Positions 42,601 through 54,600 of a stretch of 64,000 bases of DNA are shown here, in pieces. The notes under the pieces were generated by a model that was not told the origin of the DNA, searched no databases, and was given only the letters and a program-made list of their open reading frames with translations. The stretch is from NCBI GenBank assembly GCA_044892505.1, contig CM097884.1, positions 29,760,001-29,824,000 of the forward strand. The letters are read 5' to 3'. This stretch comes from Schmidtea nova (taxonomy: Eukaryota). Position numbers and translations under genes: made by a program. Numbering within the stretch: position 1 is the first letter of the stretch; every line of letters starts with the position of its first letter.

Positions 42601-45600
42601 GAAATGTTTGAAACAGAGAAATCAGTTTACTCAACAACGATCATATCATCAGATGAAGACATTAAATATTGCTTAGTTGAAATACAATTCGAAGAAACAA
42701 AGTCTCGCAACATAGAATCTGGCTACGAAATCAAGTCAACAATGAAAGAATGTTACAGCGAAACAGAGGTAAATAAAATAAATTCATTTTTACAAATAAT
42801 GTCACTTATTCACTGCCTAAAATCTATCATGATGTCTTTAAAGATAAATACTGTTTTGAAACCTTTATCATAATATTTAATTTTTTAATCATATTTAATC
42901 ATTGTTTATTTATTAACCTCTTCTTTGCAATTTTATGTCTTAGTTTTATTAATTTACAAAATATTTCGAGTCATTTTTAGAACTGTTTTCTTGTGTTTAG
43001 ATTAAATCTGAAAACATTGCAACTGAAACTGGAATAACAGAATTGATACATACGAGCTTGGAAAAAGATACAAAAGCTTCAAATAAGTTAACTGACTATA
43101 GAGCAGAGGCCATTGACATGAGCAATGAATCATTCAAAGATAGTGAAATTGTAGAAGTTTCTTTCGAAAAACTCAAAGACACAGTTGACTTTAGCGGTAG
43201 TGTAGAAAGTAAAATGATTGAAGTAGGAACAGAAACTTTCGGAGAAAAGCATAATGTATTCATCGATACGCTTACAAGTCATGAAGCTGAAATTAAATTC
43301 GAAGAAACTTTGACTGAGTTCATGTGTGAGACGGTAAATAGTGAAAGCAGTTTTGAATGCAAATCAGTTGAAGAAAGCTGGAGTCAAGTTGGTGCAAAGG
43401 CAGTTGAAGTTGGTTCAGAATTCAGAAGCGTGATTGTAGAATGTTCAAGTGAATATACAATTAGTATGAGAGAAAGTCAGGTAGACCAAGCAATAGAAAC
43501 TGAAGAAGTCGGTGTAATGACAGTAGGATTGATAGTGATAGATGAGTCATCGGTGTTTGAATTGAGGTGCTGCACAGTTGAATGTGAAACTGTAGAAATC
43601 GTAGAAGAAATAATTCCTTTAGAGGCAAAGGAAGAGGAATCAGAAAGATTGTTAATTGAGAATGAAAGTGTAAGCTGGGAGATTCCAATGCTAGATATTG
43701 CTACTACAACAGTTAAGCCGACATTAGAAGATATTAGCACAGAAAATGTAATTGAGCATGTTGAATATAGTGGTGAATGGTGCCGAGAAATTAAGCATGA
43801 AAGTGAAATGTTTGAAACAGAGAAATCAGTTTACTCAACAACGATCATATCATCAGATGAAGACATTAAATATTGCTTAGTTGAAATACAATTCGAAGAA
43901 ACAAAGTCTCGCAACATAGAATCTGGCTACGAAATCAAGTCAACAATGAAAGAATGTTACAGCGAAACAGAGGTAAATAAAATAAATTCATTTTTACAAA
44001 TAATGTCACTTATTCACTGCCTAAAATCTATCATGATGTCTTTAAAGATAAATACTGTTTTGAAACCTTTATCATAATATTTAATTTTTTAATCATATTT
44101 AATCATTGTTTATTTATTAACCTCTTCTTTGCAATTTTATGTCTTAGTTTTATTAATTTACAAAATATTTCGAGTCATTTTTAGAACTGTTTTCTTGTGT
44201 TTAGATTAAATCTGAAAACATTGCAACTGAAACTGGAATAACAGAATTGATACATACGAGCTTGGAAAAAGATACAAAAGCTTCAAATAAGTTAACTGAC
44301 TATAGAGCAGAGGCCATTGACATGAGCAATGAATCATTCAAAGATAGTGAAATTGTAGAAGTTTCTTTCGAAAAACTCAAAGACACAGTTGACTTTAGCG
44401 GTAGTGTAGAAAGTAAAATGATTGAAGTAGGAACAGAAACTTTCGGAGAAAAGCATAATGTATTCATCGATACGCTTACAAGTCATGAAGCTGAAATTAA
44501 ATTCGAAGAAACTTTGACTGAGTTCATGTGTGAGACGGTAAATAGTGAAAGCAGTTTTGAATGCAAATCAGTTGAAGAAAGCTGGAGTCAAGTTGGTGCA
44601 AAGGCAGTTGAAGTTGGTTCAGAATTCAGAAGCGTGATTGTAGAATGTTCAAGTGAATATACAATTAGTATGAGAGAAAGTCAGGTAGACCAAGCAATAG
44701 AAACTGAAGAAGTCGGTGTAATGACAGTAGGATTGATAGTGATAGATGAGTCATCGGTGTTTGAATTGAGGTGCTGCACAGTTGAATGTGAAACTGTAGA
44801 AATCGTAGAAGAAATAATTCCTTTAGAGGCAAAGGAAGAGGAATCAGAAAGATTGTTAATTGAGAATGAAAGTGTAAGCTGGGAGATTCCAATGCTAGAT
44901 ATTGCTACTACAACAGTTAAGCCGACATTAGAAGATATTAGCACAGAAAATGTAATTGAGCATGTTGAATATAGTGGTGAATGGTGCCGAGAAATTAAGC
45001 ATGAAAGTGAAATGTTTGAAACAGAGAAATCAGTTTACTCAACAACGATCATATCATCAGATGAAGACATTAAATATTGCTTAGTTGAAATACAATTCGA
45101 AGAAACAAAGTCTCGCAACATAGAATCTGGCTACGAAATCAAGTCAACAATGAAAGAATGTTACAGCGAAACAGAGGTAAATAAAATAAATTCATTTTTA
45201 CAAATAATGTCACTTATTCACTGCCTAAAATCTATCATGATGTCTTTAAAGATAAATACTGTTTTGAAACCTTTATCATAATATTTAATTTTTTAATCAT
45301 ATTTAATCATTGTTTATTTATTAACCTCTTCTTTGCAATTTTATGTCTTAGTTTTATTAATTTACAAAATATTTCGAGTCATTTTTAGAACTGTTTTCTT
45401 GTGTTTAGATTAAATCTGAAAACATTGCAACTGAAACTGGAATAACAGAATTGATACATACGAGCTTGGAAAAAGATACAAAAGCTTCAAATAAGTTAAC
45501 TGACTATAGAGCAGAGGCCATTGACATGAGCAATGAATCATTCAAAGATAGTGAAATTGTAGAAGTTTCTTTCGAAAAACTCAAAGACACAGTTGACTTT

Positions 45601-48600
45601 AGCGGTAGTGTAGAAAGTAAAATGATTGAAGTAGGAACAGAAACTTTCGGAGAAAAGCATAATGTATTCATCGATACGCTTACAAGTCATGAAGCTGAAA
45701 TTAAATTCGAAGAAACTTTGACTGAGTTCATGTGTGAGACGGTAAATAGTGAAAGCAGTTTTGAATGCAAATCAGTTGAAGAAAGCTGGAGTCAAGTTGG
45801 TGCAAAGGCAGTTGAAGTTGGTTCAGAATTCAGAAGCGTGATTGTAGAATGTTCAAGTGAATATACAATTAGTATGAGAGAAAGTCAGGTAGACCAAGCA
45901 ATAGAAACTGAAGAAGTCGGTGTAATGACAGTAGGATTGATAGTGATAGATGAGTCATCGGTGTTTGAATTGAGGTGCTGCACAGTTGAATGTGAAACTG
46001 TAGAAATCGTAGAAGAAATAATTCCTTTAGAGGCAAAGGAAGAGGAATCAGAAAGATTGTTAATTGAGAATGAAAGTGTAAGCTGGGAGATTCCAATGCT
46101 AGATATTGCTACTACAACAGTTAAGCCGACATTAGAAGATATTAGCACAGAAAATGTAATTGAGCATGTTGAATATAGTGGTGAATGGTGCCGAGAAATT
46201 AAGCATGAAAGTGAAATGTTTGAAACAGAGAAATCAGTTTACTCAACAACGATCATATCATCAGATGAAGACATTAAATATTGCTCAGTTGAAATACAAT
46301 TCGAAGAAACAAAGTCTCGCAACATAGAATCTGGCTACGAAATCAAGTCAACAATGAAAGAATGTTACAGCGAAACAGAGGTAAATAAAATAAATTCATT
46401 TTTACAAATAATGTCACTTATTCACTGCCTAAAATCTATCATGATGTCTTTAAAGATAAATACTGTTTTGAAACCTTTATCATAATATTTAATTTTTTAA
46501 TCATATTTAATCATTGTTTATTTATTAACCTCTTCTTTGCAATTTTATGTCTTAGTTTTATTAATTTACAAAATATTTCGAGTCATTTTTAGAACTGTTT
46601 TCTTGTGTTTAGATTAAATCTGAAAACATTGCAACTGAAACTGGAATAACAGAATTGATACATACGAGCTTGGAAAAAGATACAAAAGCTTCAAATAAGT
46701 TAACTGACTATAGAGCAGAGGCCATTGACATGAGCAATGAATCATTCAAAGATAGTGAAATTGTAGAAGTTTCTTTCGAAAAACTCAAAGACACAGTTGA
46801 CTTTAGCGGTAGTGTAGAAAGTAAAATGATTGAAGTAGGAACAGAAACTTTCGGAGAAAAGCATAATGTATTCATCGATACGCTTACAAGTCATGAAGCT
46901 GAAATTAAATTCGAAGAAACTTTGACTGAGTTCATGTGTGAGACGGTAAATAGTGAAAGCAGTTTTGAATGCAAATCAGTTGAAGAAAGCTGGAGTCAAG
47001 TTGGTGCAAAGGCAGTTGAAGTTGGTTCAGAATTCAGAAGCGTGATTGTAGAATGTTCAAGTGAATATACAATTAGTATGAGAGAAAGTCAGGTAGACCA
47101 AGCAATAGAAACTGAAGAAGTCGGTGTAATGACAGTAGGATTGATAGTGATAGATGAGTCATCGGTGTTTGAATTGAGGTGCTGCACAGTTGAATGTGAA
47201 ACTGTAGAAATCGTAGAAGAAATAATTCCTTTAGAGGCAAAGGAAGAGGAATCAGAAAGATTGTTAATTGAGAATGAAAGTGTAAGCTGGGAGATTCCAA
47301 TGCTAGATATTGCTACTACAACAGTTAAGCCGACATTAGAAGATATTAGCACAGAAAATGTAATTGAGCATGTTGAATATAGTGGTGAATGGTGCCGAGA
47401 AATTAAGCATGAAAGTGAAATGTTTGAAACAGAGAAATCAGTTTACTCAACAACGATCATATCATCAGATGAAGACATTAAATATTGCTCAGTTGAAATA
47501 CAATTCGAAGAAACAAAGTCTCGCAACATAGAATCTGGCTACGAAATCAAGTCAACAATGAAAGAATGTTACAGCGAAACAGAGGTAAATAAAATAAATT
47601 CATTTTTACAAATAATGTCACTTATTCACTGCCTAAAATCTATCATGATGTCTTTAAAGATAAATACTGTTTTGAAACCTTTATCATAATATTTAATTTT
47701 TTAATCATATTTAATCATTGTTTATTTATTAACCTCTTCTTTGCAATTTTATGTCTTAGTTTTATTAATTTACAAAATATTTCGAGTCATTTTTAGAACT
47801 GTTTTCTTGTGTTTAGATTAAATCTGAAAACATTGCAACTGAAACTGGAATAACAGAATTGATACATACGAGCTTGGAAAAAGATACAAAAGCTTCAAAT
47901 AAGTTAACTGACTATAGAGCAGAGGCCATTGACATGAGCAATGAATCATTCAAAGATAGTGAAATTGTAGAAGTTTCTTTCGAAAAACTCAAAGACACAG
48001 TTGACTTTAGCGGTAGTGTAGAAAGTAAAATGATTGAAGTAGGAACAGAAACTTTCGGAGAAAAGCATAATGTATTCATCGATACGCTTACAAGTCATGA
48101 AGCTGAAATTAAATTCGAAGAAACTTTGACTGAGTTCATGTGTGAGACGGTAAATAGTGAAAGCAGTTTTGAATGCAAATCAGTTGAAGAAAGCTGGAGT
48201 CAAGTTGGTGCAAAGGCAGTTGAAGTTGGTTCAGAATTCAGAAGCGTGATTGTAGAATGTTCAAGTGAATATACAATTAGTATGAGAGAAAGTCAGGTAG
48301 ACCAAGCAATAGAAACTGAAGAAGTCGGTGTAATGACAGTAGGATTGATAGTGATAGATGAGTCATCGGTGTTTGAATTGAGGTGCTGCACAGTTGAATG
48401 TGAAACTGTAGAAATCGTAGAAGAAATAATTCCTTTAGAGGCAAAGGAAGAGGAATCAGAAAGATTGTTAATTGAGAATGAAAGTGTAAGCTGGGAGATT
48501 CCAATGCTAGATTTTGCTACTACAACAGTTAAGCCGACATTAGAAGATATTAGCACAGAAAATGTAATTGAGCATGTTGAATATAGTGGTGAATGGTGCC

Positions 48601-51600
48601 GAGAAATTAAGCATGAAAGTGAAATGTTTGAAACAGAGAAATCAGTTTACTCAACAACGATCATATCATCAGATGAAGACATTAAATATTGCTCAGTTGA
48701 AATACAATTCGAAGAAACAAAGTCTCGCAACATAGAATCTGGCTACGAAATCAAGTCAACAATGAAAGAATGTTACAGCGAAACAGAGGTAAATAAAATA
48801 AATTCATTTTTACAAATAATGTCACTTATTCACTGCCTAAAATCTATCATGATGTCTTTAAAGATAAATACTGTTTTGAAACCTTTATCATAATATTTAA
48901 TTTTTTAATCATATTTAATCATTGTTTATTTATTAACCTCTTCTTTGCAATTTTATGTCTTAGTTTTATTAATTTACAAAATATTTCGAGTCATTTTTAG
49001 AACTGTTTTCTTGTGTTTAGATTAAATCTGAAAACATTGCAACTGAAACTGGAATAACAGAATTGATACATACGAGCTTGGAAAAAGATACAAAAGCTTC
49101 AAATAAGTTAACTGACTATAGAGCAGAGGCCATTGACATGAGCAATGAATCATTCAAAGATAGTGAAATTGTAGAAGTTTCTTTCGAAAAACTCAAAGAC
49201 ACAGTTGACTTTAGCGGTAGTGTAGAAAGTAAAATGATTGAAGTAGGAACAGAAACTTTCGGAGAAAAGCATAATGTATTCATCGATACGCTTACAAGTC
49301 ATGAAGCTGAAATTAAATTCGAAGAAACTTTGACTGAGTTCATGTGTGAGACGGTAAATAGTGAAAGCAGTTTTGAATGCAAATCAGTTGAAGAAAGCTG
49401 GAGTCAAGTTGGTGCAAAGGCAGTTGAAGTTGGTTCAGAATTCAGAAGCGTGATTGTAGAATGTTCAAGTGAATATACAATTAGTATGAGAGAAAGTCAG
49501 GTAGACCAAGCAATAGAAACTGAAGAAGTCGGTGTAATGACAGTAGGATTGATAGTGATAGATGAGTCATCGGTGTTTGAATTGAGGTGCTGCACAGTTG
49601 AATGTGAAACTGTAGAAATCGTAGAAGAAATAATTCCTTTAGAGGCAAAGGAAGAGGAATCAGAAAGATTGTTAATTGAGAATGAAAGTGTAAGCTGGGA
49701 GATTCCAATGCTAGATATTGCTACTACAACAGTTAAGCCGACATTAGAAGATATTAGCACAGAAAATGTAATTGAGCATGTTGAATATAGTGGTGAATGG
49801 TGCCGAGAAATTAAGCATGAAAGTGAAATGTTTGAAACAGAGAAATCAGTTTACTCAACAACGATCATATCATCAGATGAAGACATTAAATATTGCTCAG
49901 TTGAAATACAATTCGAAGAAACAAAGTCTCGCAACATAGAATCTGGCTACGAAATCAAGTCAACAATGAAAGAATGTTACAGCGAAACAGAGGTAAATAA
50001 AATAAATTCATTTTTACAAATAATGTCACTTATTCACTGCCTAAAATCTATCATGATGTCTTTAAAGATAAATACTGTTTTGAAACCTTTATCATAATAT
50101 TTAATTTTTTAATCATATTTAATCATTGTTTATTTATTAACCTCTTCTTTGCAATTTTATGTCTTAGTTTTATTAATTTACAAAATATTTCGAGTCATTT
50201 TTAGAACTGTTTTCTTGTGTTTAGATTAAATCTGAAAACATTGCAACTGAAACTGGAATAACAGAATTGATACATACGAGCTTGGAAAAAGATACAAAAG
50301 CTTCAAATAAGTTAACTGACTATAGAGCAGAGGCCATTGACATGAGCAATGAATCATTCAAAGATAGTGAAATTGTAGAAGTTTCTTTCGAAAAACTCAA
50401 AGACACAGTTGACTTTAGCGGTAGTGTAGAAAGTAAAATGATTGAAGTAGGAACAGAAACTTTCGGAGAAAAGCATAATGTATTCATCGATACGCTTACA
50501 AGTCATGAAGCTGAAATTAAATTCGAAGAAACTTTGACTGAGTTCATGTGTGAGACGGTAAATAGTGAAAGCAGTTTTGAATGCAAATCAGTTGAAGAAA
50601 GCTGGAGTCAAGTTGGTGCAAAGGCAGTTGAAGTTGGTTCAGAATTCAGAAGCGTGATTGTAGAATGTTCAAGTGAATATACAATTAGTATGAGAGAAAG
50701 TCAGGTAGACCAAGCAATAGAAACTGAAGAAGTCGGTGTAATGACAGTAGGATTGATAGTGATAGATGAGTCATCGGTGTTTGAATTGAGGTGCTGCACA
50801 GTTGAATGTGAAACTGTAGAAATCGTAGAAGAAATAATTCCTTTAGAGGCAAAGGAAGAGGAATCAGAAAGATTGTTAATTGAGAATGAAAGTGTAAGCT
50901 GGGAGATTCCAATGCTAGATATTGCTACTACAACAGTTAAGCCGACATTAGAAGATATTAGCACAGAAAATGTAATTGAGCATGTTGAATATAGTGGTGA
51001 ATGGTGCCGAGAAATTAAGCATGAAAGTGAAATGTTTGAAACAGAGAAATCAGTTTACTCAACAACGATCATATCATCAGATGAAGACATTAAATATTGC
51101 TTAGTTGAAATACAATTCGAAGAAACAAAGTCTCGCAACATAGAATCTGGCTACGAAATCAAGTCAACAATGAAAGAATGTTACAGCGAAACAGAGGTAA
51201 ATAAAATAAATTCATTTTTACAAATAATGTCACTTATTCACTGCCTAAAATCTATCATGATGTCTTTAAAGATAAATACTGTTTTGAAACCTTTATCATA
51301 ATATTTAATTTTTTAATCATATTTAATCATTGTTTATTTATTAACCTCTTCTTTGCAATTTTATGTCTTAGTTTTATTAATTTACAAAATATTTCGAGTC
51401 ATTTTTAGAACTGTTTTCTTGTGTTTAGATTAAATCTGAAAACATTGCAACTGAAACTGGAATAACAGAATTGATACATACGAGCTTGGAAAAAGATACA
51501 AAAGCTTCAAATAAGTTAACTGACTATAGAGCAGAGGCCATTGACATGAGCAATGAATCATTCAAAGATAGTGAAATTGTAGAAGTTTCTTTCGAAAAAC

Positions 51601-54600
51601 TCAAAGACACAGTTGACTTTAGCGGTAGTGTAGAAAGTAAAATGATTGAAGTAGGAACAGAAACTTTCGGAGAAAAGCATAATGTATTCATCGATACGCT
51701 TACAAGTCATGAAGCTGAAATTAAATTCGAAGAAACTTTGACTGAGTTCATGTGTGAGACGGTAAATAGTGAAAGCAGTTTTGAATGCAAATCAGTTGAA
51801 GAAAGCTGGAGTCAAGTTGGTGCAAAGGCAGTTGAAGTTGGTTCAGAATTCAGAAGCGTGATTGTAGAATGTTCAAGTGAATATACAATTAGTATGAGAG
51901 AAAGTCAGGTAGACCAAGCAATAGAAACTGAAGAAGTCGGTGTAATGACAGTAGGATTGATAGTGATAGATGAGTCATCGGTGTTTGAATTGAGGTGCTG
52001 CACAGTTGAATGTGAAACTGTAGAAATCGTAGAAGAAATAATTCCTTTAGAGGCAAAGGAAGAGGAATCAGAAAGATTGTTAATTGAGAATGAAAGTGTA
52101 AGCTGGGAGATTCCAATGCTAGATATTGCTACTACAACAGTTAAGCCGACATTAGAAGATATTAGCACAGAAAATGTAATTGAGCATGTTGAATATAGTG
52201 GTGAATGGTGCCGAGAAATTAAGCATGAAAGTGAAATGTTTGAAACAGAGAAATCAGTTTACTCAACAACGATCATATCATCAGATGAAGACATTAAATA
52301 TTGCTCAGTTGAAATACAATTCGAAGAAACAAAGTCTCGCAACATAGAATCTGGCTACGAAATCAAGTCAACAATGAAAGAATGTTACAGCGAAACAGAG
52401 GTAAATAAAATAAATTCATTTTTACAAATAATGTCACTTATTCACTGCCTAAAATCTATCATGATGTCTTTAAAGATAAATACTGTTTTGAAACCTTTAT
52501 CATAATATTTAATTTTTTAATCATATTTAATCATTGTTTATTTATTAACCTCTTCTTTGCAATTTTATGTCTTAGTTTTATTAATTTACAAAATATTTCG
52601 AGTCATTTTTAGAACTGTTTTCTTGTGTTTAGATTAAATCTGAAAACATTGCAACTGAAACTGGAATAACAGAATTGATACATACGAGCTTGGAAAAAGA
52701 TACAAAAGCTTCAAATAAGTTAACTGACTATAGAGCAGAGGCCATTGACATGAGCAATGAATCATTCAAAGATAGTGAAATTGTAGAAGTTTCTTTCGAA
52801 AAACTCAAAGACACAGTTGACTTTAGCGGTAGTGTAGAAAGTAAAATGATTGAAGTAGGAACAGAAACTTTCGGAGAAAAGCATAATGTATTCATCGATA
52901 CGCTTACAAGTCATGAAGCTGAAATTAAATTCGAAGAAACTTTGACTGAGTTCATGTGTGAGACGGTAAATAGTGAAAGCAGTTTTGAATGCAAATCAGT
53001 TGAAGAAAGCTGGAGTCAAGTTGGTGCAAAGGCAGTTGAAGTTGGTTCAGAATTCAGAAGCGTGATTGTAGAATGTTCAAGTGAATATACAATTAGTATG
53101 AGAGAAAGTCAGGTAGACCAAGCAATAGAAACTGAAGAAGTCGGTGTAATGACAGTAGGATTGATAGTGATAGATGAGTCATCGGTGTTTGAATTGAGGT
53201 GCTGCACAGTTGAATGTGAAACTGTAGAAATCGTAGAAGAAATAATTCCTTTAGAGGCAAAGGAAGAGGAATCAGAAAGATTGTTAATTGAGAATGAAAG
53301 TGTAAGCTGGGAGATTCCAATGCTAGATATTGCTACTACAACAGTTAAGCCGACATTAGAAGATATTAGCACAGAAAATGTAATTGAGCATGTTGAATAT
53401 AGTGGTGAATGGTGCCGAGAAATTAAGCATGAAAGTGAAATGTTTGAAACAGAGAAATCAGTTTACTCAACAACGATCATATCATCAGATGAAGACATTA
53501 AATATTGCTCAGTTGAAATACAATTCGAAGAAACAAAGTCTCGCAACATAGAATCTGGCTACGAAATCAAGTCAACAATGAAAGAATGTTACAGCGAAAC
53601 AGAGGTAAATAAAATAAATTCATTTTTACAAATAATGTCACTTATTCACTGCCTAAAATCTATCATGATGTCTTTAAAGATAAATACTGTTTTGAAACCT
53701 TTATCATAATATTTAATTTTTTAATCATATTTAATCATTGTTTATTTATTAACCTCTTCTTTGCAATTTTATGTCTTAGTTTTATTAATTTACAAAATAT
53801 TTCGAGTCATTTTTAGAACTGTTTTCTTGTGTTTAGATTAAATCTGAAAACATTGCAACTGAAACTGGAATAACAGAATTGATACATACGAGCTTGGAAA
53901 AAGATACAAAAGCTTCAAATAAGTTAACTGACTATAGAGCAGAGGCCATTGACATGAGCAATGAATCATTCAAAGATAGTGAAATTGTAGAAGTTTCTTT
54001 CGAAAAACTCAAAGACACAGTTGACTTTAGCGGTAGTGTAGAAAGTAAAATGATTGAAGTAGGAACAGAAACTTTCGGAGAAAAGCATAATGTATTCATC
54101 GATACGCTTACAAGTCATGAAGCTGAAATTAAATTCGAAGAAACTTTGACTGAGTTCATGTGTGAGACGGTAAATAGTGAAAGCAGTTTTGAATGCAAAT
54201 CAGTTGAAGAAAGCTGGAGTCAAGTTGGTGCAAAGGCAGTTGAAGTTGGTTCAGAATTCAGAAGCGTGATTGTAGAATGTTCAAGTGAATATACAATTAG
54301 TATGAGAGAAAGTCAGGTAGACCAAGCAATAGAAACTGAAGAAGTCGGTGTAATGACAGTAGGATTGATAGTGATAGATGAGTCATCGGTGTTTGAATTG
54401 AGGTGCTGCACAGTTGAATGTGAAACTGTAGAAATCGTAGAAGAAATAATTCCTTTAGAGGCAAAGGAAGAGGAATCAGAAAGATTGTTAATTGAGAATG
54501 AAAGTGTAAGCTGGGAGATTCCAATGCTAGATATTGCTACTACAACAGTTAAGCCGACATTAGAAGATATTAGCACAGAAAATGTAATTGAGCATGTTGA

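Noticed and set aside
134-54576. Recurrent minus-strand 65/75/87-aa ORFs
   Set aside because: Antisense shadows of a GAA-rich coding strand. They recur only because the unit repeats, and the 65-aa ORF appears only where a SNP creates an ATG.
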